64,000 bases of DNA from IMG/VR virus record IMGVR_UViG_2740892469_000001, positions 16,971 to 80,970 of that record, one strand, 5' to 3'. Source of the DNA: a virus (taxonomy: Duplodnaviria; Caudoviricetes). Below, one piece after another: positions 30,301-38,235 of this stretch. The position numbers and the translations under genes were made by a program. Positions within the stretch are counted from its first letter, which is position 1. The number at the start of each line of letters is the position of its first letter. Under the pieces are notes generated by a model that worked only from the letters and a program-made list of their open reading frames with translations, was not told the DNA's origin and made no database searches.

Positions 30301-30934
30301 GTTTATTGATGGTGCGCTCACCAACTTGGAAAGCATTATCTAAAATACGCTCAAAGCCGCAGAAGCGGCCTTGGTTAAATAGCTCTTCATAGATAGGCCA
30401 AACCAAGCAAGGGTTGTTGTATTTATCACGACCAAGGCGAACGTCAACAAAACGGCTAATGTCAGCCATTTGCTTTTTGATCATGTATCCCGTAGGAGCG
30501 AAGTTATCCGGCCATCCAAGGAAAAGTTTTTCTTCCTTTTTTAGTTCGTTCCACTGCTCTTGCTCGGCTTGAATACGGCGACGTTCTGCGGCCTTTTTGC
30601 GCTTCTCGTAGTCAGCGAATAGCTTTTGTCTTTCTTCTTCAGAATAATCTTTCTTCTTCGGTTTCCAGCCTGCTTCCATTGCTTCGTAAATGAAAGAGCC
30701 AAAGCTAGTGCGCTTTACACGTTGGAAGTTCTTCCACCAGCTCTTAAAGCCGCGCTTATCGTAGGAGTTGCCTGTTGCTGACCAGCGTTCAAAAATGTCT
30801 CTGGCATCATTGCCATATTCAGACACTAACGCACGGCCAATCTTAGACCATCGTTTGTAGGGTAAATCTGGAGAGATATGACTGAGGGCTTCCTCAGCTT
30901 CATATAGTTCTAGTTGTATGTAATTAGCCATCAT
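27305..30934 (-). CDS. repA: RepA multifunctional replication protein (PriCT-2, Toprim, origin-binding SF2-type helicase), 1209 aa
   Basis: PriCT-2-like N-terminus (ALSHISPDL..W..IG.AL..WS), Toprim DxD (APDND), Walker A ESDMGTGKS, Walker B VFVDE, SPTLGTGFD; N15-like position between telN and the repressor. Confidence 0.9.
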   Translation of the reverse strand: MMANYIQLELYEAEEALSHISPDLPYKRWSKIGRALVSEYGNDARDIFERWSATGNSYDKRGFKSWWKNFQRVKRTSFGSFIYEAMEAGWKPKKKDYSEEERQKLFADYEKRKKAAERRRIQAEQEQWNELKKEEKLFLGWPDNFAPTGYMIKKQMADISRFVDVRLGRDKYNNPCLVWPIYEELFNQGRFCGFERILDNAFQVGERTINKLSSDNARTDLGFCTFGELRDHGPKRVFVVGGFADAYSAHVSTGEVIVTPIGEGNIPFIIELLREKHPDIQFIAAPDNDKAGRDVVQSNNCFWTLPQTDGFDWSDTFINLGWQAVQEQLLNIRGFEKVESNTRYLTASIREGLNLIESDMGTGKSTVVQNYIKQNPDKKTLVISHRVALAKSLKEGLAKEKVSVEFYQDLIIKDPVPGTDANIALRNAHVLVCSVDSLWRLAGSNWDVVFVDEFEQNLSQYYAKTIQHGEHCLNYLQFVLKNSETQILADAHLGNLTFDFCHFIGMHTGVYFQNTFQVAKGKKMYVYESKDHLLEEVMQQIMAKGKRYIYANSKEQVKAIGTAIEQERERKHYDGAVLVVHADVTGTEEVKTALEDINAIVPNLDVLIASPTLGTGFDIKSSAHQFDKTIGFLSSRVGTAEEGHQGLNRARDVKEFHVYLDNAERSEPTDPTYIQDKLIEQVSAETMKVLDIDPTTGNYTSRNPVYEWLFCQVKAKQNLSSNRYRARFLELASKGGYEIIEVAKQKLAADFGATVREEAKERNNRVTLRDIEQAPVHVGDMFTTVMRNGEDYTPTEITKSKVNYDLHLDAANDEQLDCLLPFAKEVYEEFAKDGANAKHNDIDNALTLPESKRNAIITALTYKQNKSRFVDAIKKLGWVNVCKDTAHALDRKDVNHAESRVSWRHLSIKRGHLVKLLQVAGIDEQLNYNGKEWTADDLRPHLYDWLRKKSTQDRLYKYSGITVSEKTLQEPVQWFNNHLRSFGVPIESRKKRINNRKAVNAYFVHLPEWEAVKTLVALRTQGIEESLQDSESLDVDTIQRQVAAFINDLSETAFKPGYKVRFDKLDEQCRLTGLTDLRDEMAAAFAPFIQEIDDQITPKYDPPSPLFINNNTAQGGSQNYAQDTSNDGRPAHIEGRGECPSIEFPETATHALSKDQRSLVIEVANIAVQQHKLRPFDVAMTMLSYGLDSFIGDAEAWAGSVKQAILECL
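27584..27635. promoter_or_regulatory. Candidate replication origin inside repA
   Basis: Inverted repeat TGATCCACC/GGTGGATCA flanking AT-rich TATTGTTATTAATAAACA. Confidence 0.5.
30232..30247. promoter_or_regulatory. sopC-like centromere site 1
   Basis: TGGGTCCATGGTCCCG (F sopC core is TGGGACCACGGTCCCA). Confidence 0.65.
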
Positions 30935-30991
30935 CGGTCCATCATTTTTATGACAGATACTGCAATGGAATCTACCGAAGTAAATTTCCTA

Positions 30992-31020
30992 TTGCATAGA
31001 CGCGAATAGGCCGCTAGAAT
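30992..31020 (+). promoter_or_regulatory. Antisense promoter in the repA leader
   Basis: TTGCAT, 17 bp, TAGAAT. Confidence 0.7.
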
Positions 31021-31026
31021 TGAAAC

Positions 31027-31103
31027 CAACAAATAGCGTTGTTTGGTTTGGTTCTAGCCGCCTAACACATGAAAAAAGCTGGTCGCCACAACCGGCTTTT
31101 TTT
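31027..31103 (+). ncRNA. Predicted ~77-nt antisense (copy-control) RNA against the repA leader
   Basis: Near-consensus promoter at 30992-31020 and terminator hairpin 31072-31103 ending in T7, opposite the repA 5' UTR. Confidence 0.6.
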
Positions 31104-31219
31104 GTATCTGTAATTCTTGAATTGTCTTTTAAATCAACAACATAACAAAGCTGTAACTTTTCTCTTTTTCCAAAAATCACTTTATTCACCATGCATGCCG
31201 TTGTTTAACTATCGCCACA

Positions 31220-31249
31220 ATAGTAAACCATTCATACATGAATAAACAA
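31220..31249 (-). promoter_or_regulatory. repA promoter with repressor operator ATTCATACATGAAT (31230-31243) between -35 and -10
   Basis: Minus strand TTGTTT, 18 bp, TACTAT; operator matches those at cB/cro. Confidence 0.6.
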
Positions 31250-31295
31250 GTGATCAGCTGATCATTTTACTTATTCTAAATTGAATATTAGTAGA

Positions 31296-31991
31296 TTATG
31301 AGACTTTGCGATCATCAATAACTCTACATACTACACCCTTTATATGGGTTGTTTCAGTAACTTTTATCACAGGGTATTGAAGATTTAACGGTTTTAGATA
31401 CCTCGCACCACCATCTTCCACCAGTTGTTTAAAGGTGGCTTCTTGTGTTGATTCATCCACGGCCACAACGAACTTACCCACGTAGTCTTTAATTGTTCCA
31501 GATACATCGGGATTTACCAGGATAAAACTGCCGTTTGGAAAGTGATCTTTGCCTCCGCAATTTTCCATCGAGGTACCGTTCACTTTTAATAGATAAGCAT
31601 TTTTCGGTGATTTACCAGGAATGAACTTAGTTTCTTGGTTGTGCGTCTCAATACACGGGCTTTCGCCCCAGTTCCCTGCTTGAACCCAAGATAAGACCGC
31701 TATATCACGCCCTGCGTTTTGGTTAACAGAACGCTTTCGGATTGGCGCAGGCATGCTGTCTTGGTTCGTCTCTGGAATTTCCCTATGAAGTCTTTTTTCC
31801 AACTCACTCAAAGACCATCCAAATAACTTGCAATAACCATCAACGATAGGCCAGCTCGGCACCGCCCCTCGCTCTACACGGGATAGCGTAGGCTGAGAGC
31901 AGTCAATCCCCCACTCTTTAAAAGTGGCGACAACTTCATCAAGGCTAAATCGCTTTTTTCTCTCTGCTTTGATTATCTCGTGCAGTTCCAT
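31296..31991 (-). CDS. cB: CI/CB-type prophage repressor (HTH plus S24 autopeptidase)
   Basis: HTH SQPTLSRVERG; cleavage site VQAG; VNGTSM (Ser) and ATFK (Lys); divergent from cro. Confidence 0.9.
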   Translation of the reverse strand: MELHEIIKAERKKRFSLDEVVATFKEWGIDCSQPTLSRVERGAVPSWPIVDGYCKLFGWSLSELEKRLHREIPETNQDSMPAPIRKRSVNQNAGRDIAVLSWVQAGNWGESPCIETHNQETKFIPGKSPKNAYLLKVNGTSMENCGGKDHFPNGSFILVNPDVSGTIKDYVGKFVVAVDESTQEATFKQLVEDGGARYLKPLNLQYPVIKVTETTHIKGVVCRVIDDRKVS

Positions 31992-32029
31992 TTTCCCACC
32001 AGTGATTCAGTAAGCAAAAAACGCCCATA

Positions 32030-32124
32030 TTTCATATATGAAAATTATCTTACATTTCATATTTGGCACATTCATCACGGAATAAAAGAACTCCGGTTTG
32101 CTTTTTATTCATATTTGAATAAAA
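32030..32124. promoter_or_regulatory. Immunity operators, WTTCA-N4-TGAAW
   Basis: TTTCATATATGAAA 32030-43, ATTCATCACGGAAT 32070-83, ATTCATATTTGAAT 32107-20. Confidence 0.75.
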
Positions 32125-32132
32125 TCGGGGAT

Positions 32133-32360
32133 ATGAAAACGCCTTTACATAAATGCAGGGCATACGAAGGTATCTCCATAGCTTTTTTAGCTCTGGAAAG
32201 CGGTTCTAGCGGCGCAACACTTAGCCGCTTAGAAAGGGGGATATCCAATACGTCAGGCGAAGTGTGTTATCAGGTTCTCGAACGGTACAAGAAGTATGGC
32301 TTAACTCTTGAGCACTTGATTTATCCAGAACGCTTCCCCGATTTCGTCATAAATACATAA
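32133..32360 (+). CDS. cro: Cro-like HTH protein, 75 aa
   Basis: MKTPL...TLSRLERG...EHLIYPERF; divergent from the repressor. Confidence 0.8.
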   Translation: MKTPLHKCRAYEGISIAFLALESGSSGATLSRLERGISNTSGEVCYQVLERYKKYGLTLEHLIYPERFPDFVINT

Positions 32361-32379
32361 TAGTTGGCAGGCTTTTAAA

Positions 32380-32979
32380 ATGGAACGTCGAAAAAATGAC
32401 AACAGATTGTCAGCCGTGGTTTTGGACCATATCAATAGCTTTATTGATGAAACTGGCATCGCTGTTGAGAAATTCACTCGCAACAAAGTATTGCCTGAGC
32501 TTATTAAAGCTGGCGAACTCACACGACCATTGAAAGATGAAGATAAGTGGGAGAAAACACAATCTCGTCGTCTTGTTCGCTATATCGATGGCGAAAATCA
32601 ACTTCACATCAATTGGGTTTTTCCTTTTATTGCAAGCTTGCCTGAAGCGTACCGTCAGCCATTAAAGAATGAGCTTTGCGGAATGCTAGGTTCGTATTTT
32701 GTCGCATTGACCGCATCAAAAAGCTTATCGAATGGCACTGAAACACGTTCGCACCTTCCTCAGATGGCGAAAGAATGGGGTGACATCTTAGTTAAAGCTA
32801 ACCCAGCAATGGATGGTGCTTTTACTCCCGATGATGACCCAGTTGAAGTTCTTAATTACGCAAACGAAATCGCTGAGTGCATTGGCGTTCTCATGGCTGA
32901 GCTAGGCGCCATTAGTCGCGCAACGAACATTGAGCCTTCTGCCGTGAAAGCATTCCGAAACAGCACCTTGTTTGTGTAA
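32380..32979 (+). CDS. CII/YdaT-like regulator, 199 aa
   Basis: Directly after cro; pattern RRLVRYIDGE...FIASLPE resembles YdaT/CII-type proteins (inference). Confidence 0.55.
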   Translation: MERRKNDNRLSAVVLDHINSFIDETGIAVEKFTRNKVLPELIKAGELTRPLKDEDKWEKTQSRRLVRYIDGENQLHINWVFPFIASLPEAYRQPLKNELCGMLGSYFVALTASKSLSNGTETRSHLPQMAKEWGDILVKANPAMDGAFTPDDDPVEVLNYANEIAECIGVLMAELGAISRATNIEPSAVKAFRNSTLFV

Positions 32980-32991
32980 AGGGGTGTGACT

Positions 32992-33714
32992 ATGCGCGTT
33001 AAGTTCAACGAAGAGGGATTGCGAGAAGAGCTACGTGAAGCGATGTTAGTTGTGCCACGCACTCGTGGCCAGCTTGATGGCTTTGCCGATAGCGGATGCA
33101 GTGATAGCCGTTTTACTCGCCAATCTCATTACGACATCACCGACGATAACGGCAACAAGATTGCCAGTGTAAAAGCGCCAGTGGTGACCACGTTGGCTTG
33201 CCGAAAGTTTAAGCAGTCACCTTGCCCACTTCCTCCTAAAGCTTTTGTTTATGCAAGGTTGCTACGCGATATGAATTCTAACCCTGAGCATATATCTGAT
33301 TGGCTGCGCTACTGCTACAGCGAAGGCGCAAAAATGCCAACGAAAACCCTGCTGCTTGCGCTGTTGGATGAGTTTTACCAACAAGAGTCCAAGAACCTCG
33401 GCAAAGAATCAAAAAAGTTGATCGCGCACTTGGCCTTGGTGGCTTGCCAACAAAAACGCGAGCGCATTAACGGCGGCACGATGCTGCTGACTCAGGCAGT
33501 GATTGCAGAGAAATCAGGAAAGAAGCTCTCTGCTTGGGAAAAGTCATGGGCGAAGCGCTGGACGCGCTTGCTCGACATATTAGGCACGTTTGATCAAAAG
33601 GGGCTTGAACATGTGCATGAATGCCGACGCAGAGCAAAAGCTACCAGAAGGAATGCCGACCTGCCTGTGCAATCGGTACTTCGAGCAGCCGCCCGAGCAT
33701 ACGTGGCTGCCTGA
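32992..33714 (+). CDS. Q: Late antiterminator Q (N15/phage 82-like family)
   Basis: TRGQLDGF, PLPP, WLRYCY, LALVACQ and W...W..RW motifs; downstream of cro. Confidence 0.75.
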   Translation: MRVKFNEEGLREELREAMLVVPRTRGQLDGFADSGCSDSRFTRQSHYDITDDNGNKIASVKAPVVTTLACRKFKQSPCPLPPKAFVYARLLRDMNSNPEHISDWLRYCYSEGAKMPTKTLLLALLDEFYQQESKNLGKESKKLIAHLALVACQQKRERINGGTMLLTQAVIAEKSGKKLSAWEKSWAKRWTRLLDILGTFDQKGLEHVHECRRRAKATRRNADLPVQSVLRAAARAYVAA

Positions 33715-33922
33715 GTGGGACCGCAGCGAGGGAACGGGGGAACACATCCTGTTTTGCCCGAACTGCAAGTACCAAGTTGGCCCTTTTGATAATAAGCCTG
33801 CCGCGATAGCGAATTGGGCTTTATTAAACCGACACGGTGATGAGCAAGTTTACAGCAACTGGAAAAGAAACTACGCCGCCCATTACCCAGCACAAGATTA
33901 TTTACGCCAGGAGATAGCATGA
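33611..33922 (+). CDS. Lar-like zinc-ribbon protein
   Basis: CLC...CPNC...AAIANW resembles the Lar restriction-alleviation family; overlaps the Q 3' end. Confidence 0.6.
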   Translation: MCMNADAEQKLPEGMPTCLCNRYFEQPPEHTWLPEWDRSEGTGEHILFCPNCKYQVGPFDNKPAAIANWALLNRHGDEQVYSNWKRNYAAHYPAQDYLRQEIA

Positions 33923-34548
33923 TCAATTTGAGTATTAAAGAAGTAAAGCGCCAATTAAGTGAAGGCGAGCCATTACGCTACGGAGCATTAAGAAATCAGA
34001 TGCTTGCTCGCTCTCTGAGTGAAATGTCTATTCCACCATATATGGAAGCGCTCATTCTTGAGCATTTTAAGGAACTGAACTGCAAGTTTATCTCTCACGA
34101 AGAGCATCGCGTTCGCGTTCATATCCACCTGCCTGACGACTCGCTGTATGAGCGCAGCTTTACCACTTCCAAGGGTCGCGATAAGGCCATGCGCAAAGCA
34201 CTTAAAGAGCGTGACAACATTGGCAAGAAGGCATGGGGTAAGTTTTGGGATCGCGTTCTCAGTGAACCTGGCTTTTTCGAGCGCATGCCGCATTCGTTAG
34301 AGCCTAAGCAAATCGACAAAGTGAAAGTGTACAAGAACGGAAGCAAAGTGGTGTTCCCTTACTACGCCGCGATTTGGGCCGACCATTCCGGTAAAGGATG
34401 CGGCAAAAAGACCAAGCTGTTCAGCATTAAAAAGATGGGTGCTTTAGGGGCTTACAACGCAGCCAAGCGCCACCTGCAAGAGGTGCATGCGGATTACATC
34501 CCCGTGATTAAGCACATGGAACGATTCAACGTAAACGAGCTGCTTTAG
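33919..34548 (+). CDS. AP2-like DNA-binding protein, 209 aa
   Basis: YAAIW...KTKLFSIKKMGALGAYNAA resembles the AP2 motif FS..KYG...A...A; RBS AGGAG. Confidence 0.65.
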   Translation: MINLSIKEVKRQLSEGEPLRYGALRNQMLARSLSEMSIPPYMEALILEHFKELNCKFISHEEHRVRVHIHLPDDSLYERSFTTSKGRDKAMRKALKERDNIGKKAWGKFWDRVLSEPGFFERMPHSLEPKQIDKVKVYKNGSKVVFPYYAAIWADHSGKGCGKKTKLFSIKKMGALGAYNAAKRHLQEVHADYIPVIKHMERFNVNELL

Positions 34549-34549
34549 C

Positions 34550-35220
34550 TCAGACCAAATTAGCCAGGAGATAGAACGATGAGAGACATAAAAATTGCAA
34601 TGCAAAACATCAATGGATGCCACCAGGACGGAATACTAACGGAAGAGTCTGCTGACTTTTACTTCATCAATGCCATCAGCTCAGCGATATCAGTCAGAAT
34701 GCGCGAAGCTCGCGCTAATGGTAAGCGTGGTTGGTGGAATCCTGAAGTTTGCTCCATTGAGTTCTTGAAAGAACAGGCCATTAAAAACCTTGGCGAAGGC
34801 AACGTGCTGGACGCCATCATATTTATCGCCATGGTTCTTATGCGCAATGAGGGCCAAACAAACACGTTGGTTTTTAATACATCCAAGCTTGGTGATCTTA
34901 CCGAACTTGCCCCTCGTCACTGTGAGTTCTTCCAAGAAGTTTACGACTCCATAACTTTCGCCCACCTATCTTTCGAATTAGCTCCAACAAGGGACAAGGC
35001 AATCATGGTTGCAGGCAAAATGCTCGAGCAAACCATGAAAGAGATCGAACGCCTTAATCCGCACAAAGAATCCTCTACTGGTGAACTATCACCGGCTATC
35101 GAAAACATGATTGAAGACGCTGGTCTGGAAATCACGGATGTAAAACACATCATCCTTGCTGCTCAGTCTGAAACGAAAAGGCAAATGTGCACAGCATCAG
35201 ACCAAATTAGCTAGGAGATA
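34550..35220 (+). repeat. 24-bp direct repeats flanking the 211-aa gene
   Basis: TCAGACCAAATTAGCCAGGAGATA 34550-73 and TCAGACCAAATTAGCTAGGAGATA 35197-220. Confidence 0.85.
34579..35214 (+). CDS. Hypothetical phage protein, 211 aa
   Basis: RBS AGGAG; within the early operon. Confidence 0.75.
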   Translation: MRDIKIAMQNINGCHQDGILTEESADFYFINAISSAISVRMREARANGKRGWWNPEVCSIEFLKEQAIKNLGEGNVLDAIIFIAMVLMRNEGQTNTLVFNTSKLGDLTELAPRHCEFFQEVYDSITFAHLSFELAPTRDKAIMVAGKMLEQTMKEIERLNPHKESSTGELSPAIENMIEDAGLEITDVKHIILAAQSETKRQMCTASDQIS

Positions 35221-35223
35221 CCA

Positions 35224-35745
35224 ATGAAGAAGTTTTATAAATCAAATCATGCAGATGTCTATGCCGCATGGACTGACTATCGAAATAAGACCAACACGCT
35301 AAAGGCAGAGTTTACTGAGTTTGCAAACAACTTTGATGCTAAGCCAGTTTTTTCTTACAGCGTTAATGGCCACAAATTCGCAAACCTAATGTTAAACAAT
35401 TACGGCACTCGACCTGACGGTTCGCTCTGGACGAGACCAAAGCCAGCACTGGGTAATACAAGCCACATCAAGGCAAGAGTTCAAGGCAAGGAAAGCATGG
35501 CTGAACTTCGTCAATTGAAAGCGAAGTTTAAAGAGCTAAAGCCTGTCTGCTCAGAAGTTTCTTTGGATGACCTTTATCAAACTCTCGGTATCTCTTGGAG
35601 TGATGTTGTATTCACTGGCATTGAGTGGTTCGCCTTTGACGGAGATGTCTACATTTCCACTTCATTAAGCATCACCCAAAACGTGGATGAAATTACAGCC
35701 CACGAATTTTCAATTGCCAAGCAATCGAAGGATAAAGTCGATTAA
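35224..35745 (+). CDS. Eac-like phage protein, 173 aa
   Basis: FYKS...AAW...FA..F.AKPVFS...LWT pattern recalled from P22 Eac; RBS AGGAG. Confidence 0.7.
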   Translation: MKKFYKSNHADVYAAWTDYRNKTNTLKAEFTEFANNFDAKPVFSYSVNGHKFANLMLNNYGTRPDGSLWTRPKPALGNTSHIKARVQGKESMAELRQLKAKFKELKPVCSEVSLDDLYQTLGISWSDVVFTGIEWFAFDGDVYISTSLSITQNVDEITAHEFSIAKQSKDKVD

Positions 35746-35758
35746 TTAAGGAGCCACC

Positions 35759-35938
35759 ATGGAGACCACTGACCTAACGCAAAACCCGTTTACTTTTGAA
35801 AGCTTTTTTCAAGCGGAGTCTTACCTAGAAAAACAAGGCTATCACTGCGAGCACGAACGCTGGATTCATAAAAATAAACAGGATGTGTCCGTGGTCCCAA
35901 ACGGCAGCGGCGTCAAAATTGAACCTATTAAACATTAA
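35759..35938 (+). CDS. Hypothetical protein, 59 aa (METTDLTQNPF...), absent from the ORF track
   Basis: RBS AAGGAG; fills the gap before rdgC. Confidence 0.65.
   Translation: METTDLTQNPFTFESFFQAESYLEKQGYHCEHERWIHKNKQDVSVVPNGSGVKIEPIKH
35884..35899. promoter_or_regulatory. sopC-like centromere site 2
   Basis: TGTGTCCGTGGTCCCA. Confidence 0.65.
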
Positions 35939-35947
35939 GAGTTAGCT

Positions 35948-37189
35948 ATGAGTATTTTCCCTAAAAACGCGATGGTCTACCGCCATAAACTTGGCTTTAG
36001 CTTTGACCTCGAAAAGCTTGAAGAGCAGATGAAAGAGTTCGCGTACACACCATGCGGTGAAACCGATAAGCAAAAGTTTGGCTGGACTCCTGCGCTTGGC
36101 AAGAACACCGAAAATTTTGTGCACATCGCAGACCAATACGCGCTCATCGCGGCGAAAAAGGAAGTAAAGAACATTCCTGCTGCTGTTATTAAAGAATCCA
36201 TGAACGAGAAAGTTGAGGCATTCGAAAAGGCAGAAGGTCGACCAATGCGCAAGAAAGAAAAAGACGCATTGAAAGACGACCTCATGATTGAGCTATTGCC
36301 GCGAGCGTTTAGCCAGTACACCTATTTCTCGGTATTCATTAATACCAAGTCGAACTTGGTGGTTGTGGACGCATCGTCATTTAAAGCGGCAGAAGATGTA
36401 CTTGCCCTACTTCGTAAAACCATTGGTGGCCTGCCAGTGATTCCTGCGGTCCCTGTTAAGGCGATTGAAAACACCATGACTGAGTGGGTTAAGGAAGGCG
36501 CGGTGCCTTCTGGTTTCACTCTGCAGCACGATATTAAGTTGACGTCTGTGGTTGAAGATGGCGGTAGCGCTCAATTCAAGAAGCAGGAAATTGGCTCAGA
36601 TGAAATCAAAGCCTGCATTGAGGCCAACAAGGTGGTCACTTCATTAAAGATGGATTGGCAAGAACGCATTGAATTCACACTGGCCGATAGCGGCACGATT
36701 AAAAGCCTCAAGTTCTCAGACCAACTTCAAGACCAAAACGACGACATTCCACGCGAAGATGTGCTTGCGCGTTTGGATGCGGATTTTTGTTTGGCTGCAG
36801 GCAATGTTTTCGAGTTCTTGAAAAGTCTTTATACCGAACTGGGTGGTTTTGAAGGTGAAGAGCACCTTTACACCAAAGATGAAAACGCCGAACCAAACAC
36901 AGAAGCACTGCCAGACACGCTCACCTTTAGCCATAAGATCGCTGAAAAGCTGATGCTTGTTATTGAAAACGCCACCGACGACGATGCTCTTGATTCTCTA
37001 CTTACGCAAGCTAGTGACCATGTAGCAGAGACGCGCCGAGCGTCGGTTTCTAACCTGCAGCGTAAGTTCAAGATTGGCTATAACCGTGCTGCTCGAATTA
37101 TGGAACAACTCGAAGCATGTGGTGTGGTTTCTAAACCTGCTCACAACGGCCACCGTTCTGTTCTTATCGCACCAAAGGAGGCTGAATAA
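35948..37189 (+). CDS. rdgC: Recombination-associated protein RdgC fused to an FtsK-gamma winged helix
   Basis: RdgC motifs KNAMVYR, PCG...[29 protein letters not shown]; C-terminus [25 protein letters not shown]. Confidence 0.9.
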   Translation: MSIFPKNAMVYRHKLGFSFDLEKLEEQMKEFAYTPCGETDKQKFGWTPALGKNTENFVHIADQYALIAAKKEVKNIPAAVIKESMNEKVEAFEKAEGRPMRKKEKDALKDDLMIELLPRAFSQYTYFSVFINTKSNLVVVDASSFKAAEDVLALLRKTIGGLPVIPAVPVKAIENTMTEWVKEGAVPSGFTLQHDIKLTSVVEDGGSAQFKKQEIGSDEIKACIEANKVVTSLKMDWQERIEFTLADSGTIKSLKFSDQLQDQNDDIPREDVLARLDADFCLAAGNVFEFLKSLYTELGGFEGEEHLYTKDENAEPNTEALPDTLTFSHKIAEKLMLVIENATDDDALDSLLTQASDHVAETRRASVSNLQRKFKIGYNRAARIMEQLEACGVVSKPAHNGHRSVLIAPKEAE

Positions 37190-37695
37190 TGGCAAGTCGT
37201 GGAATCAATAAAGTCATCCTAGTTGGCAACTTAGGCAATGATCCTGAAATTCGTTATATGCCAAACGGCGGCGCAGTGGCAAACATTACCATCGCCACAA
37301 GCGACCAATGGCGCGATAAGGCTACGGGCGAACCGCGCGAAAAAACCGAATGGCACCGTGTGGTGCTGTTTGGAAAGTTGGCAGAAGTGGCTGGTGAGTA
37401 CCTTAAAAAAGGCTCGCAAGTTTACATTGAAGGCCAGCTGCAGACGCGCAAATGGCAAGACCAAAGCGGCGTTGACCGTTACTCCACTGAAGTGGTGGTG
37501 CAAGGTTTTAATGGTGTGATGCAAATGCTTGGTAATCGCCCTCAAAACCCACACGCAGGTGGATGGGGACAGCCACAACAACCACAGCACCCTCAACAAC
37601 AGCAGCAACAGTATCGCGGACCGCAACAGCAACAAGCGCCACAGCAGCAGTACAACGAGCCGCCGATGGACTTCGACGACGATATCCCGTTCTGA
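37189..37695 (+). CDS. ssb: Single-stranded DNA-binding protein
   Basis: [16 protein letters not shown]...TEWHRVV...DFDDDIPF. Confidence 0.96.
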   Translation: MASRGINKVILVGNLGNDPEIRYMPNGGAVANITIATSDQWRDKATGEPREKTEWHRVVLFGKLAEVAGEYLKKGSQVYIEGQLQTRKWQDQSGVDRYSTEVVVQGFNGVMQMLGNRPQNPHAGGWGQPQQPQHPQQQQQQYRGPQQQQAPQQQYNEPPMDFDDDIPF

Positions 37696-37715
37696 CGAAA
37701 GACAAAGGAATATCA

Positions 37716-37901
37716 ATGCAATCGGATTCCAACCAACTTATCGCTTATGTGATGACTCACCATCGAAAGGTGGTGAAGTCTCAAGCCGATGCCATGGATT
37801 GGTTGGATAAAAACCTGCCAACGTGGCGAACGGCACCCGTGCCAGAGCCAGTTAGCACCATTTATTACGATGGTGAATCAGATGGATATGACAATGAGTA
37901 A
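37716..37901 (+). CDS. Hypothetical protein, 61 aa
   Basis: RBS AAGGA; MQSDSNQLIAY... Confidence 0.65.
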   Translation: MQSDSNQLIAYVMTHHRKVVKSQADAMDWLDKNLPTWRTAPVPEPVSTIYYDGESDGYDNE

Positions 37902-38235
37902 CGCTCTCCCTGAGCTCAAATTAACGAATGCCAATTTTGAATTGGCATTAAAGGGCCGCAAGCTCACTTCGGTGCGACTTGGCCATAAGGATATTGCGCC
38001 TGGTCTTTGCGAATTGGTGAACGTTGAAACGGACCAAAAGAAGACCATTAACATTTGGTATGTAAACCGCTGCCTGCTTTCGGATTTGGAGCTGAATGAC
38101 GCAAGGCTTGATGGCTTTAATACCGTTGAAGATTTAAAGGCCGAACTGCGCCGCTGTTACCGCCGATTCATTGAAGACCGCGAACCAGTCACGCAAGTGC
38201 ATTTTGATTTGGTCGCAGACGAGAAGGTGGCGTGA
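37894..38235 (+). CDS. ASCH-domain protein
   Basis: GRKLTSVR (GxKxxxxR) and DARLDGF..VEDLK.EL..Y motifs. Confidence 0.8.
   Translation: MSNALPELKLTNANFELALKGRKLTSVRLGHKDIAPGLCELVNVETDQKKTINIWYVNRCLLSDLELNDARLDGFNTVEDLKAELRRCYRRFIEDREPVTQVHFDLVADEKVA

Noticed and set aside
31980-32132. 126-aa version of cro in the ORF track
   Set aside because: The extension runs through the operator/promoter region and overlaps the cB start; ATG 32133 gives a typical Cro.
37570-37660. CAA/CAG-rich low-complexity tract and overlapping Thr/Ala or Leu-rich ORFs
   Set aside because: This is the ordinary Gln/Pro-rich SSB linker; the overlapping ORFs are shadows.
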